A stretch of 64,000 bases of DNA from an uncultured Spirochaetota bacterium (GCA_963845535.1 CAWJSK010000013.1:96001-160000), one strand, 5' to 3'. Numbered from the stretch's first letter, positions 27,539 through 37,848 are shown. Numbers and translations are program-made. The notes: generated by a model not told the origin, from the sequence alone.

Positions 27539-28774
27539 ATGAAGGACTCAGGCTTTCCGGTGCTTCACAACCACGACTTCCGGGCCTTTCTTGTCGCCCG
27601 GTCGCTCGCCTCGATCTCCTCGCTGATGCTGGGCGTTGCCGTGGGATGGCACGTCTACGATCTGACGGGGAGCGCATTTGCCCTGGGCATGGTGGGCCTC
27701 GCGCAGTTCCTGCCTGCGCTCCTCCTGGCTCTGCCGGGGGGCCTGGCGGCAGACCGCGTCGAACGGCGCACCATACTCCTTCTGACTTTCCTGCTCCAGG
27801 TCCTGGTCGCGCTCCTCCTCGTCCTCATATCTGCTTTGCACGGCGCGCGCGCGGCGTGGATCTTCCCGGTGGTGGCTCTTGTCGGCGTGGGACAGGCGTT
27901 TCAGGGCCCCGCAAGCCAATCCCTGATACCGTTCCTCGTTTCCCGCGAGGAGTTCCCCCGCGCCGTTGCCATGAGCTCCGGCACGTTGCAGATTGCCACG
28001 ATCCTGGGTCCCGCTCTTGGCGGGCTGTTGTACGCTTTCGGTCCCGCCAGTGTCTACGCGGCGTCAGCCGCTCTTTTTACGATTGCGGCGGTTCTGGTGT
28101 CCCGCATCCGCGCGCGCCTGCGCGTTTCCGCCGCAGCGAAGCCGGGCTTCTCCCAGATGCTGGAAGGACTTCGCTTCGTTTTCTCCCAGCCCCTGATCCT
28201 GGGCGCCATTTCCCTCGACCTCTTCGCCGTGCTGTTTGGCGGCGCCACGGCGCTCCTGCCGATCTATGCCCGGGACGTTCTTCACGTCGGCTCGTGGGGC
28301 CTTGGTCTCCTGCGAAGCGCTCCGGCGGTGGGCGCCGCCGGCGTGGCGGTTTACCTTTCCCAGCGGCCCATGGCCCGGCGCTCGGGAACGAGGCTCCTGA
28401 TCGGAGTTGCGCTTTTTGGGCTCATGACGATCGTCTTCAGCATGTCGAGATGGTTTCTCCTGTCCCTGGGGGCGCTCGTCGTGCTTGGCGCGTCCGACAT
28501 GGTGAGCGTGGTGTTGCGACAGACCCTTGTGCAGATCAACACGCCTGACGAGAAGCGCGGCCGCGTGAGCGCCGTGAACTCGATTTTCATTGGCGCCTCC
28601 AATCAGCTCGGCGAGTTCGAGTCCGGCGTGACCGCAGCCTGGATGGGCGCGGTCCCGGCCGCGGCGCTCGGGGGCGTAGGAACGCTCGTTGTCGTGCTCC
28701 TGTGGACCGTGCTCTTCCCTTCGCTTCGCCGGGCGGATCGGTTGGAACCCACACCTGTCCCCAAAGCGGGATGA
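27539..28774 (+). CDS. MFS transporter (MFS_3 / EntS-like)
   Basis: 'GWHVYDLTGS', 'LDLFAVLFGGATALLP', 'RGRVSAVN'. Confidence 0.88.
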   Translation: MKDSGFPVLHNHDFRAFLVARSLASISSLMLGVAVGWHVYDLTGSAFALGMVGLAQFLPALLLALPGGLAADRVERRTILLLTFLLQVLVALLLVLISALHGARAAWIFPVVALVGVGQAFQGPASQSLIPFLVSREEFPRAVAMSSGTLQIATILGPALGGLLYAFGPASVYAASAALFTIAAVLVSRIRARLRVSAAAKPGFSQMLEGLRFVFSQPLILGAISLDLFAVLFGGATALLPIYARDVLHVGSWGLGLLRSAPAVGAAGVAVYLSQRPMARRSGTRLLIGVALFGLMTIVFSMSRWFLLSLGALVVLGASDMVSVVLRQTLVQINTPDEKRGRVSAVNSIFIGASNQLGEFESGVTAAWMGAVPAAALGGVGTLVVVLLWTVLFPSLRRADRLEPTPVPKAG

Positions 28775-28913
28775 AAGGCCGCGGCGCTCGCGAACCGCAG
28801 CCGCCTGCCTGTTCAGCCGACTGCAGGTGGAAATCCGAACCCGGAACCGGTAGACTCTCGCGCAGTCCATTGCAAAATACGAGAAGTCATCATTGGAAAA
28901 GGAGCCGTGGAAA

Positions 28914-30200
28914 ATGAAAAACAACAGGACACTGACGCTTGTTCTGATGATCATCATAGTCGGCTTCCTGAATGCTGATCAGAACGTCATGAACTCCACG
29001 CTGGTCCTCATCGAGAAGGAGTTCCGGGTCAACGACGCCGCCATTGGCCTCATGAGCGGACTGTTCACCATCCTTGGCGCCGTGATCAGCATCATCTGGG
29101 GTTATCTGACGGACAAGAGGAACAGGAAGCTCCTGTTCGTGTACTCCATTCTCCTCGGCCAAATTCCCTGCCTGTTGACGGCGTTCGTCCAGAACTATCC
29201 CCAGTTCTTCATACTGAGGATCTTGACCGGCATCGGAGTGGGTGTTTCTTTCCCGACGATTTTTTCCCTCATAGGGGACATGTACGCGGAAAAGGAAAGG
29301 GCCTCCGCTGTCACGTGGATGGTCACTGTCATTGGGCTGGGGCAGATCATCGGCCAGCTCCTCGGCGGGTACCTCGGTCCGTCGCTCGGGTGGAGATTCC
29401 CGTTCATCGTTTCAGCCGTGCCGGGCCTCATCGCCCTTCCATTCTATTATTTCTTCGTCACCGAGCCCCGGCGCGGCGCAACGGAGGAGTCGCTCAAGGC
29501 TCTGTTTGACAGTGGCGCCGTTTATTCGAGGACCATGAAGCTCTCCGATTACGGGAACCTCGTCAAAGTGCCCACCAACGTCTACCTGTTCATCCAGGGG
29601 ATCATTGGCACCATCCCCTGGGGCGCAATTCCGCTGTTCCTCGTGAAGTTCCTGAATGAGAACCGCGGCTTCACAATCGAAGAGGCAACCACTGTTTTCC
29701 TGGCTTTCGGCGTCGGGACCACTCTGGGCACGATATTCGGCGGCCTCTGGGGCGGCGCGCTTTTCAAGAGGAAAGCGTCCAACCTCCCGCTTCTCTGCGC
29801 AGTCACTACGTTCGTGGGAGCGCTGGTGGCCGTCCTCATTTTCTTCCTGCCCCTTGGGAAGAACCTCCCCGTGACGATTGGGCTGGGTCTTCTGGCCTCC
29901 TTCATTGCCTCCGTGACCAATCCGAACGTGAAAACGATGCTTCTGGACGTGAACGTCCCGGAGAACCGCGGCTCCATATTCTCGATTTTCAACCTGACGG
30001 ATTCCGTGGGCACCGGATTCGGAAAGCTCGTTGGCGGGATACTTTCCGTGGCCATTGGCACGGGCGCCGCTCTCGGAATATCCGCAATCATGTGGGTGCC
30101 GTGCGCGCTGCTCTTGCTGATGATTGCCGGCCTGTTCGCGGGAGACATTGCCGGGATGCAGAAGAAGCTGCAGGCCGCCGCCGGCAAGATTCCTATTTGA
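28914..30200 (+). CDS. MFS transporter (Spinster-like)
   Basis: 'NADQN', 'WGYLTDKRNRK', 'RILTGIG', 'GWRFPF'. Confidence 0.85.
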   Translation: MKNNRTLTLVLMIIIVGFLNADQNVMNSTLVLIEKEFRVNDAAIGLMSGLFTILGAVISIIWGYLTDKRNRKLLFVYSILLGQIPCLLTAFVQNYPQFFILRILTGIGVGVSFPTIFSLIGDMYAEKERASAVTWMVTVIGLGQIIGQLLGGYLGPSLGWRFPFIVSAVPGLIALPFYYFFVTEPRRGATEESLKALFDSGAVYSRTMKLSDYGNLVKVPTNVYLFIQGIIGTIPWGAIPLFLVKFLNENRGFTIEEATTVFLAFGVGTTLGTIFGGLWGGALFKRKASNLPLLCAVTTFVGALVAVLIFFLPLGKNLPVTIGLGLLASFIASVTNPNVKTMLLDVNVPENRGSIFSIFNLTDSVGTGFGKLVGGILSVAIGTGAALGISAIMWVPCALLLLMIAGLFAGDIAGMQKKLQAAAGKIPI

Positions 30201-31023
30201 TTGCTCCCGTGAGCTGCGGGGCCAGAAACCTCTGCAGCGCTCCGAAAATCACGAGCAGGGGAATGGCCGTGAGAAACGCACCCATGAGCATGAGGTTGTA
30301 GACCGGGAAGCCCTCCAGGGAAAAGATGGTTGTAATGCCGAGGATGAGGGGATATCTCCCCTCGTTGCTCAGCATCACGAGGGGAAGGAAATAGTTGTTC
30401 CAGATTGCCACAAAGGAAATGAGGAGGAGCGTGGTCAGGCCGGGCAGGATGGTCGGAAGCCCGATGCGAAGGAATATCGAAACCTCGCCGGCTCCGTCTA
30501 TCATGGCCGCGCTGAACATCTCCTCGGGGACCTGGTTCCAGTACACCACCATGAGGTAGACGCCGAACACGTTCACCACGGAGGGGATGATCACGGACCA
30601 CGCGCTGTTCAGGATGCCGAAGTTCTTGAACTCGATGAACAGCGGCAGCGTCGTGGCGAACTGGGGGACAAGCGCGAAACCGAGGATGAGAAAGAACAGG
30701 AGCTTCCGTCCCAGGAATCGAAACCGTCGAAACGCATACCCCGCCATAGCCGCAAAGAAGGTGCCCGCAATCGACCCGAGCCCTGAGTAGATGATGGAGT
30801 TCACCAGCCATTTCGGGAAGACCCCATCATGGTAGGCAAAGATGCCGGTCAGGTTGTCATGGACAAAATGGTTGGGCGTTCCGGGCGCAAAGGTTCCCTG
30901 TTGGAGCTGTCCGTTGTCCTTGGTCGTGCTCTGGAGAAGCCAGTAGAACGGCAGGAGGAAGAACAGGGAGAGGAGGACGGCGATCAGCTCGAAACGCAGC
31001 GGGCGGGAGGTTCTCTCATGCAT
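30193..31023 (-). CDS. Carbohydrate ABC permease
   Basis: 'AAMIDGAGE', 'WNNYFLP'. Confidence 0.92.
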   Translation of the reverse strand: MHERTSRPLRFELIAVLLSLFFLLPFYWLLQSTTKDNGQLQQGTFAPGTPNHFVHDNLTGIFAYHDGVFPKWLVNSIIYSGLGSIAGTFFAAMAGYAFRRFRFLGRKLLFFLILGFALVPQFATTLPLFIEFKNFGILNSAWSVIIPSVVNVFGVYLMVVYWNQVPEEMFSAAMIDGAGEVSIFLRIGLPTILPGLTTLLLISFVAIWNNYFLPLVMLSNEGRYPLILGITTIFSLEGFPVYNLMLMGAFLTAIPLLVIFGALQRFLAPQLTGAIK

Positions 31024-31909
31024 GCGCGCCGAGCTCCCTCGATGACTGGCGGAGGAAGAAGAAGGAAATCACGAAGATCACCGCCGCCAGCACCAGCCCC
31101 ATCGCAATTGCATACGTGAAGGCGCCGTACAGGAACGCCTCGTTATAGACGTACATTGCCGGGGTGAAGTTCGGGGGAAGCGTTATCAGGTTGGCCGCCA
31201 CCCCGAGGACCCGCGGCTCGTTGAAGATCTGCAGCGCGCCTATGGTGTTGAAGAGGAACAGCAGCCAGACCGTGTTCGCAAGGAGCGGCACCTTGATGTG
31301 GACGGCAACTTGCGCCCGCGTTGCCCCGTCAATCTGGGCCGCCTCCGCGTATTCCTTGGGAATGGAAACCAGCGCTGAATAGACGATGAGTGACGTGTAC
31401 CCTGTCCATTCCCACAGGATGATGATGAGAAAAATCCACGGGAGGTTCGGGAACGTGATGAACTCGGGCTTTGCCACTCCGACGAGCTTGAGCAGAGGGA
31501 TGAACGGCGACATGGACTTGGAGAACATGTAGGACCAGAGGATGCCCGCTATGACGCCGGGGAGCGCGTAGGGAAGGTAGAAGATGAGGCGGAACAGCGC
31601 GGAATGCCTGAGCTGCTCATAGAGCAAGCCAATGAAAATGGCAAGGAGGATCATGAGCGGGATCTGGACCAGGAGAAGGAACGCCGGGAGGCCGAAGCTT
31701 CCCCAGAACAGCGGGTCGGTGATGACGGACGTGTAGTTGCTGAGGCCGACAAACCACATCCGCGCCCCTCGCTGCCCGAACAGGGACAGGTAGCCGCCGA
31801 AGATGACCGGGGAGACGACCACAATGACGAAGAAGAAAAGAAAGGGAAGGAGAAACAGGTACGCCTTGATGGATTGGAGCTTCCTCACGGCTTGTGCTGC
31901 TGCTTTCAC
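31016..31909 (-). CDS. Carbohydrate ABC permease
   Basis: 'EAAQIDGAT', 'WEWTGY', 'LQIFNEP'. Confidence 0.92.
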   Translation of the reverse strand: MKAAAQAVRKLQSIKAYLFLLPFLFFFVIVVVSPVIFGGYLSLFGQRGARMWFVGLSNYTSVITDPLFWGSFGLPAFLLLVQIPLMILLAIFIGLLYEQLRHSALFRLIFYLPYALPGVIAGILWSYMFSKSMSPFIPLLKLVGVAKPEFITFPNLPWIFLIIILWEWTGYTSLIVYSALVSIPKEYAEAAQIDGATRAQVAVHIKVPLLANTVWLLFLFNTIGALQIFNEPRVLGVAANLITLPPNFTPAMYVYNEAFLYGAFTYAIAMGLVLAAVIFVISFFFLRQSSRELGAHA

Positions 31910-31910
31910 G

Positions 31911-31942
31911 AAGAGAGCGGCCGGTCCCCCGGCCGCTCTCTT
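31911..31942 (-). terminator. Perfect 14-bp stem-loop between SBP and first permease (partial terminator / mRNA stabiliser)
   Basis: AAGAGAGCGGCCGG-TCCC-CCGGCCGCTCTCTT. Confidence 0.7.
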
Positions 31943-31948
31943 TCACAT

Positions 31949-33292
31949 CTATGGGAGCTGACCTACCACGACGTTGTTGAACCCCTGCTTCTTCATGAAG
32001 GCCACGACATTGTCCTGCCAGTTCTGGAGCATCTGCATCATGTCCTCGTCACCGGCAAGGAACTTCTTGATCTCGTTTTCCTGGCTGGAGGACACGTAGT
32101 CCATGATTGGCAGCGCCGTGAAGGCGGTCTTCACCTGTTTCATTGCCTCCACGCTGACGGGAGTGATCTTCTGGCCTCCGAAGTACGGATACTCGATGTT
32201 CGCAAGGCTTGGCGCCACCTGGTCCGTGAATACCTTGGACCAGAGGATGGGGAGCTGGCTCTTGTCATGGAGCTGGACGAGCGAGTCCTTCTGCGAGTTG
32301 AGCCAGAGGACGAAGAGCGACGCCGCTTCAGCGTTCTTTGACTGGCTGCCCACGTAGAAACCTGATCCGCCCATCTCGCCGTTCTGCGGGTCGGAGAGGC
32401 TCCACTGCGGCACGAGCGCCACTCTCCATTTGCCGCTGGATGTCGTGCTGTTCAGCTGCAGCCATTCGGGGAACCAACCCCCGGAAACCACCGTTGCCGA
32501 ACCTCCGTCATCCAGCTCTTTGTACCAGTCCGCGTTCCACCACATGTCCGCGTTGACGAGCTTGTCCTTGATGAGCCTTCCCCAGAAGTTGAAGACCTTG
32601 ACCGCGGTCGGGTTCGTGAAATCGATGTACCACTTTCCGTTGGCAAAATCGAACAGCTTGCCGCCCGCCTGCCAGACAAGCCCCAGCGGCCCGAGGATCC
32701 AGTTCTGCGGGAAGCTCAGCATCGTGATCTTCGGGTTGGCGGCATGAAGCTTCGCGGCCTGCTTTGCGAAATCCGCCCACGTCCTGGGAACGGTCAGGCC
32801 GTACCTGTCGAAGACGTCCTTGCGATACACCATGGTGGAGGCGCCGCTGTCCTGCGGAGTGCCGTAGATCTTCCCGTCCATGGCCGTCCATTTCAGCGTG
32901 ACCGCCGGATAGTACTTCAGGTAAACGGACTCCGGCACCCAGGTGTTCATGGCCTGGAAGCTTCCATATTCCATGAACTGCGGCGCATAGGTGTACTCGC
33001 TCATGACGACGTCGGGCAGCCCGCTCCCCGCGGACGTTGCGGTCAGGACTTTGGCGTACTCGTTGCCTCCGTTGCCCGCGTTGGTCCACTTGACCGTGAT
33101 ATTCGGGTATGCTTTCTGGAACAGATCGATAGAGTAGTTCTCGTTGCTCGTCCATGCCCACATGGTAATTTCAGCAGGTTGCCCTTTGTACTCCGGATAT
33201 CCTCCGGGACCTTGGGCGAAAAGAGGCAACGCAGTGAGAGCCGGGACAAACAGCGCTGCCAGGACCAAGAAGCCCTTTCGGGGAAGCTTCAT
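31949..33292 (-). CDS. Carbohydrate ABC substrate-binding protein
   Basis: Signal peptide; 'DGKIYGTPQD', 'YRKDVF', 'PRTW', 'GGSGF'; SD AGGAGG. Confidence 0.9.
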   Translation of the reverse strand: MKLPRKGFLVLAALFVPALTALPLFAQGPGGYPEYKGQPAEITMWAWTSNENYSIDLFQKAYPNITVKWTNAGNGGNEYAKVLTATSAGSGLPDVVMSEYTYAPQFMEYGSFQAMNTWVPESVYLKYYPAVTLKWTAMDGKIYGTPQDSGASTMVYRKDVFDRYGLTVPRTWADFAKQAAKLHAANPKITMLSFPQNWILGPLGLVWQAGGKLFDFANGKWYIDFTNPTAVKVFNFWGRLIKDKLVNADMWWNADWYKELDDGGSATVVSGGWFPEWLQLNSTTSSGKWRVALVPQWSLSDPQNGEMGGSGFYVGSQSKNAEAASLFVLWLNSQKDSLVQLHDKSQLPILWSKVFTDQVAPSLANIEYPYFGGQKITPVSVEAMKQVKTAFTALPIMDYVSSSQENEIKKFLAGDEDMMQMLQNWQDNVVAFMKKQGFNNVVVGQLP

Positions 33293-33409
33293 ATCACACC
33301 TCCTGTGACATCATTTGGCCAAAGCCAAGCCATATCAACCTTCTCCACCCGCGACCATTCTACCAGTTTTGTCAAGCCAATTTCATGGTATGTATCATAA
33401 TAACTGATT

Positions 33410-34078
33410 TTAAATCAAAAGGATACGAAGAATCCATTCCCTCACGTCGGTGATCTCCTGCTGGCTGACGCCGTGCTGCATCTGGTACGTGTGCCAGGCC
33501 ACCTCGTGTCCCCTTTGCAGTAACGCGTCCCGAGCGGCTTCTCCCAAGCCGAACGGTACTACCGGGTCAAACGTGCCGTGAGCCATGAAGACGGGGAGAG
33601 CCGAGTTGGCGGGGGAGGCTTCCTCGGAAAGCGTTGCGGGAAGAGGGAGGTAGCATGACATTGCGATCAACCCGCCAAGGCGCTCGGGCCAGCGCAACGC
33701 TGTGAAAAGGGCCATGGCTCCGCCTTGGGAGAAGCCCGCAAGGATGATCTTTCCGGCAGGGATCCCCTGATCAAGCTCGCGCTGGATGAACGTGCCGATT
33801 AACCGGGCGGATTCGCGGATGCCCGCTTCGTCTTCAGGGGCATTTTGATCGATTGCCATGATGTCGTACCACGCGCGCATGGAAACCCCGCCGTTGATCG
33901 TGACAGGGCGAACCGGTGCATGCGGAAAGATCCACCGGAGGGACGGAGACGCGGGCATGCGCAGCTCCGGCACCAAAGACTCGAAGTCGTGGCCATCCGC
34001 GCCGAGGCCGTGCATGAGAATGACGGCTGCCTCCGCGCGCCCGCGCGGCGTAATGATTACTGCATCTTTCTCTGTCAT
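33410..34078 (-). CDS. Phospholipase/carboxylesterase (alpha/beta hydrolase)
   Basis: 'HGLGADG', 'VTINGG..MRAWYD', 'GFSQGG', 'HGTFDPVV'. Confidence 0.92.
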   Translation of the reverse strand: MTEKDAVIITPRGRAEAAVILMHGLGADGHDFESLVPELRMPASPSLRWIFPHAPVRPVTINGGVSMRAWYDIMAIDQNAPEDEAGIRESARLIGTFIQRELDQGIPAGKIILAGFSQGGAMALFTALRWPERLGGLIAMSCYLPLPATLSEEASPANSALPVFMAHGTFDPVVPFGLGEAARDALLQRGHEVAWHTYQMQHGVSQQEITDVREWILRILLI

Positions 34079-36618
34079 GCCCCCGGCGAACCCTCCAGCG
34101 CGACAAGGATCTTCTCATATTCGAAGCCGCCGACGAGCGCGGAAAGCGCCGCCGCCGCGGCCGGGTTTATTGCCTGGATCTCGGTTATCATCCTCTGCAG
34201 CTTGGAGTAGTCAGCCTCCACGGTGGCCTTGCGGAACTCCTCCCGCCAGGGAGCGGGCAGGGGAGAGAGGAGCTCGACCGTCACTTCCGGGGAAGGGCTG
34301 GCGCTCTTCTTTGCCTCCTCCTCTTCCTCTGTGATAAACCTGACGCCGAGGTGCTTCTCCAGCTTCTCGTAGATTTCCTCTTCCACGAACGGTTTTCTCA
34401 CGAAGTCATCACAACCTTCCGAGAGGATGAGCCGGCGGTCGCTCTCGAAAGCGCTTGCCGTCAGGGCAATGATCACGGTGGCCTGGCCGTGGACGCTGGA
34501 CTTGATCCTTCGGGTGGCTTCATAGCCGTCCATGACCGGCATGCGCATGTCCATCCAGATGAGCTGCGGCTGCCATTCCTCCCATAGCGCAACGCATTCC
34601 GCCCCGTTCCTGACTCCTCGGACGTCGAAACCCAGCGGCGAAAGGAGCTTGATGAGAAGCTCACGGTTTGAGTCCCTGTCCTCCGCGATGAGGAGCTTGT
34701 ATCTGGGCTGACCGGGGGCAAGACTGACGACCCGCCGCCGCGGCCGGACCGGCGCCACCTTGCTTGCGTCCGCCAGCTCGGCGCGGACGTCGAAGGCGAA
34801 CAGGCTCCCCTTGCCCTGTTCGCTTTTGACGGTGATCTTCCCGCCCAGAAGCGTCACGTAGTTCTTGCTGATGGCGAGGCCGAGGCCCGTCCCCTCCTGG
34901 GACACCGAGGCGCTGCGCGATTGCACGAACGGCTCGAACAGGGACCCTGCCTCCTCATCCGCTATTCCGACCCCTGAGTCCTCCACCTCGAAAAGGAGGC
35001 GGAGGCCTCCCGCTGCTTCGGGCCGGGAGCGCACGCGCAAGGTGGCCCCGCCCCTGTCCGTGAACTTGATGGCGTTCCCCAGGAGGTTCACGAGGACCTG
35101 GCGCAGCTTTCCTTCGTCCGTGGAGACGTGGCGCGGGACGTCGGGAGCGATATCCACAATGAGCGTCAGCCCTTTTTCCTGGGCCTTGAGCCGGAACATC
35201 TCCTCAAGCGCCACAAGGGTTTCCTTCAGGTCGAACGGAGCGGGGTTCAGCTCGGTGCGGCCCGCCTCGATTTTGGACATGTCCAGGATGTCGTTGATAA
35301 GCGACAGGAGGTGTGTCCCGCTGCGGGATATGGTCTGGACGTTCTCCTTCTGGTCAGGGTCAAGGTTGGTCCCCCGGCCCAGGAGCTGTGCGAAGCCGAG
35401 AATGGCATTCAGCGGGGTGCGCAGCTCATGGCTCATGTTGGCAAGAAACGCGCTCTTGGCCCGGTTTGCCGTCACGGCGGCTTCCTTCTCTATCCGCAGG
35501 CGGCCGGACTCCCGAAGGCTTGCGATCATGCCGTTGAAGTTCTCCGTGAGGTCCCCGATTTCGTCCGTGTCCCGGACCGGCGTCACGTGGGAGAAGTCCC
35601 CGCGTGCCGTCAGCATGACGTTGCGCTGCAGCTCCTTGAGCGGAACCACGATGCCCAGCGTGGACCACTTGGAGATGAGGACCAGGAGGACAAGCGTTAT
35701 CACGAACGCCGTTGATACGCCTCCGAAGAAAAGCAAGGTGTCCGCCGCGGTGAGATACGGCACCTCCAGGGGGCCGATGTTCGGGATCACGCCTCGCTCG
35801 GCCAGCGTGTGGTAGAGCGGGGCAAAGTCTCCCAGGAGGACGTTCCTCTGGTCTGCGGGGAGAGCGTTCAGGTCCGCCGTGGAGCGGAACGCGAACAAGT
35901 AGAGAATGACCAGGCAGATGGGGAGAAGCGCTGTGATGACCTTGGAAAGGCTCATCTGGACGAGGATGGTCTTGTGGCGCAGCTTGCGGGAGGCTTGCAC
36001 GAAACCCGGCCTTGTGAAAATGAACGGTGAATAGATGATCCTGATCCTGTGGTTCTGCCAGTAGTAGACGAAAAACGAGATGAGGAGGACCACCACCACG
36101 TAGAAAGGAATGCTCCGCAGCGCAAGGCGCTGATCGTACACGTTCGCTGCCATCATGGCGATGGTCCGGGCGGAGACGTCGGAGGCCGCCGCAACGAAGG
36201 ACAAGGTGCCCGTGGTGACCGCGGAACGAAGGGCAATGTTCTCCGCGCCTTCCTGGAGCCTCTCAGGGACTTTTTTCCCGCGCCGGCGCTTGGCAAGAAG
36301 CACATTCAGCGGCATATGGACACCGAGGATCGCAACGATGGACAACACCGTGATAATGCGGCACAGGCGCACGAACGGGCTCACCGCAGGGGGCATGTGC
36401 ATGGTGAATGCGACGAAGGACCTGACGGAAAGCTCGAATGCCAGGGGCGTCAGGCTTCCGCCGGTCTGGGCGGCCATGCCCGCCAGCGCCGCGCTCTTCC
36501 ACCAGACGAAAATCATCAGGAAAACGGTGAGCAGCACGTACAGGATGATGCCCGCGAGCACGACCCGGAACATGGAGAAATGAGGGACGCGGGGGGCGGC
36601 GTCTGCGGCTTGGGACAC
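34075..36618 (-). CDS. Membrane hybrid histidine kinase (multi-TM, HAMP, HisKA, HATPase, REC)
   Basis: 'FLANMSHELRTPLN', 'NLLGNAIKFT', 'DSGVGI', 'GTGLGL', REC 'WMDMRMPVMDG'. Confidence 0.93.
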   Translation of the reverse strand: MSQAADAAPRVPHFSMFRVVLAGIILYVLLTVFLMIFVWWKSAALAGMAAQTGGSLTPLAFELSVRSFVAFTMHMPPAVSPFVRLCRIITVLSIVAILGVHMPLNVLLAKRRRGKKVPERLQEGAENIALRSAVTTGTLSFVAAASDVSARTIAMMAANVYDQRLALRSIPFYVVVVLLISFFVYYWQNHRIRIIYSPFIFTRPGFVQASRKLRHKTILVQMSLSKVITALLPICLVILYLFAFRSTADLNALPADQRNVLLGDFAPLYHTLAERGVIPNIGPLEVPYLTAADTLLFFGGVSTAFVITLVLLVLISKWSTLGIVVPLKELQRNVMLTARGDFSHVTPVRDTDEIGDLTENFNGMIASLRESGRLRIEKEAAVTANRAKSAFLANMSHELRTPLNAILGFAQLLGRGTNLDPDQKENVQTISRSGTHLLSLINDILDMSKIEAGRTELNPAPFDLKETLVALEEMFRLKAQEKGLTLIVDIAPDVPRHVSTDEGKLRQVLVNLLGNAIKFTDRGGATLRVRSRPEAAGGLRLLFEVEDSGVGIADEEAGSLFEPFVQSRSASVSQEGTGLGLAISKNYVTLLGGKITVKSEQGKGSLFAFDVRAELADASKVAPVRPRRRVVSLAPGQPRYKLLIAEDRDSNRELLIKLLSPLGFDVRGVRNGAECVALWEEWQPQLIWMDMRMPVMDGYEATRRIKSSVHGQATVIIALTASAFESDRRLILSEGCDDFVRKPFVEEEIYEKLEKHLGVRFITEEEEEAKKSASPSPEVTVELLSPLPAPWREEFRKATVEADYSKLQRMITEIQAINPAAAAALSALVGGFEYEKILVALEGSPGA

Positions 36619-36667
36619 AGGGATTTCCTCTTCGTGGGTACTGATGCCGGATAGTAATCCGTGTGCT

Positions 36668-36697
36668 TTGACAAGCGCAAGGAGACAAGGCTATGAT
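36668..36697 (+). promoter_or_regulatory. Sigma70-type promoter for HD-GYP gene
   Basis: TTGACA-N18-TATGAT, 17 nt before ATG 36715. Confidence 0.6.
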
Positions 36698-36714
36698 GCC
36701 TCGGAGAAAAACCC

Positions 36715-37836
36715 ATGCCACAAGCTGCATCCGCGTCTCCTGCCTCCCCGGCGCGGGGAAGCATCCTCGTGGTGGATGACACCGCGGCAAACCTCACGCT
36801 CCTGTCCCGCATGCTCGGGGAGCGCGGGTACCGGGTCAGGCCGGTGCCGTCGGGCAGACTTGCCTTGAAGGCCGCGGCCAGCGACCCTCCTGACCTGATC
36901 CTTCTGGACATCAGCATGCCGGAGATGGACGGCTTCGAGGTGTGCCGGCAGTTGAAAGAAGATCCCCGCCTGCGCGACATCCCGGTGATCTTCATCAGCG
37001 CGCTCACGGAAACCGAGGGCAAGGTGAAGGCGTTCCGCCGCGGAGGCGTGGACTACGTCACCAAGCCGTTCCAGATCGAGGAGGTGGAGGCGCGGGTGGA
37101 AACCCACCTGCGCCTGCGCAACGCCCAGGCTGAGCTTGCCCGTTACAATCGCTATCTCGAGCAGCTGGTGGAAGAGAAGGTCAAGGAGATATCGGAGAGC
37201 CAGCTCGCCACCATTTTTGCCATGGTGAAGCTCGCGGAGTCCCGTGATGATGAGACGGGGACGCACATCTGGCGCGTTCGGGAGTACTGCCTTGCCCTTG
37301 CCAATCAGCTTCGGGACAAGGCTGACTTTGCCCCGGTCCTCACGGATCCGTTCGTGCGTGACCTTTACAACGCGGCGCCGCTGCACGACATCGGCAAGGT
37401 GGGCATCCCGGACTCCATTCTCCTGAAGCCCGAACGCCACACCCCGGAAGAGTTCGAGGTCATGAAGACCCACACCACCATTGGCGCTCGAACGCTGCAG
37501 GGCGTCGGTGAGAACTACCCTCGAAACAGCTTCATCACCATGGGGGCGCAGGTCGCGCACTCGCATCACGAGCGCTGGGACGGAAGCGGGTACCCGCGCG
37601 GCCTGGCCGGTGATGCAATCCCCCTTGCCGCGCAGATCATGTCCGTGGCGGACGTCTATGACGCCCTGCGCACCGCGCGCAGATACAAGCCGGCGTTCGA
37701 CCATGCGGCAAGCGTGAAGATCATGACTGTGGGGGACGGAAGGACCAACCCGTCTCACTTCGACCCGCGCATCCTCTCGGTTTTTGCAGGGATGGCCGCA
37801 GAGTTCGACTCCATCTACGACAGGCTCAAGGGGTAG
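36715..37836 (+). CDS. Response regulator with HD-GYP phosphodiesterase domain (RpfG-like)
   Basis: REC 'LLDISMPEMDG'; 'LHDIGK', 'HHERWDGSGYP', 'ADVYDAL'. Confidence 0.93.
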   Translation: MPQAASASPASPARGSILVVDDTAANLTLLSRMLGERGYRVRPVPSGRLALKAAASDPPDLILLDISMPEMDGFEVCRQLKEDPRLRDIPVIFISALTETEGKVKAFRRGGVDYVTKPFQIEEVEARVETHLRLRNAQAELARYNRYLEQLVEEKVKEISESQLATIFAMVKLAESRDDETGTHIWRVREYCLALANQLRDKADFAPVLTDPFVRDLYNAAPLHDIGKVGIPDSILLKPERHTPEEFEVMKTHTTIGARTLQGVGENYPRNSFITMGAQVAHSHHERWDGSGYPRGLAGDAIPLAAQIMSVADVYDALRTARRYKPAFDHAASVKIMTVGDGRTNPSHFDPRILSVFAGMAAEFDSIYDRLKG

Positions 37837-37848
37837 TGCAAGTTACCG

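Noticed and set aside
33340..33400. TTGACA/TAGAAT promoter pair for the 33292 SBP
   Set aside because: The boxes are only 7 nt apart on the minus strand; a promoter is likely here but cannot be placed
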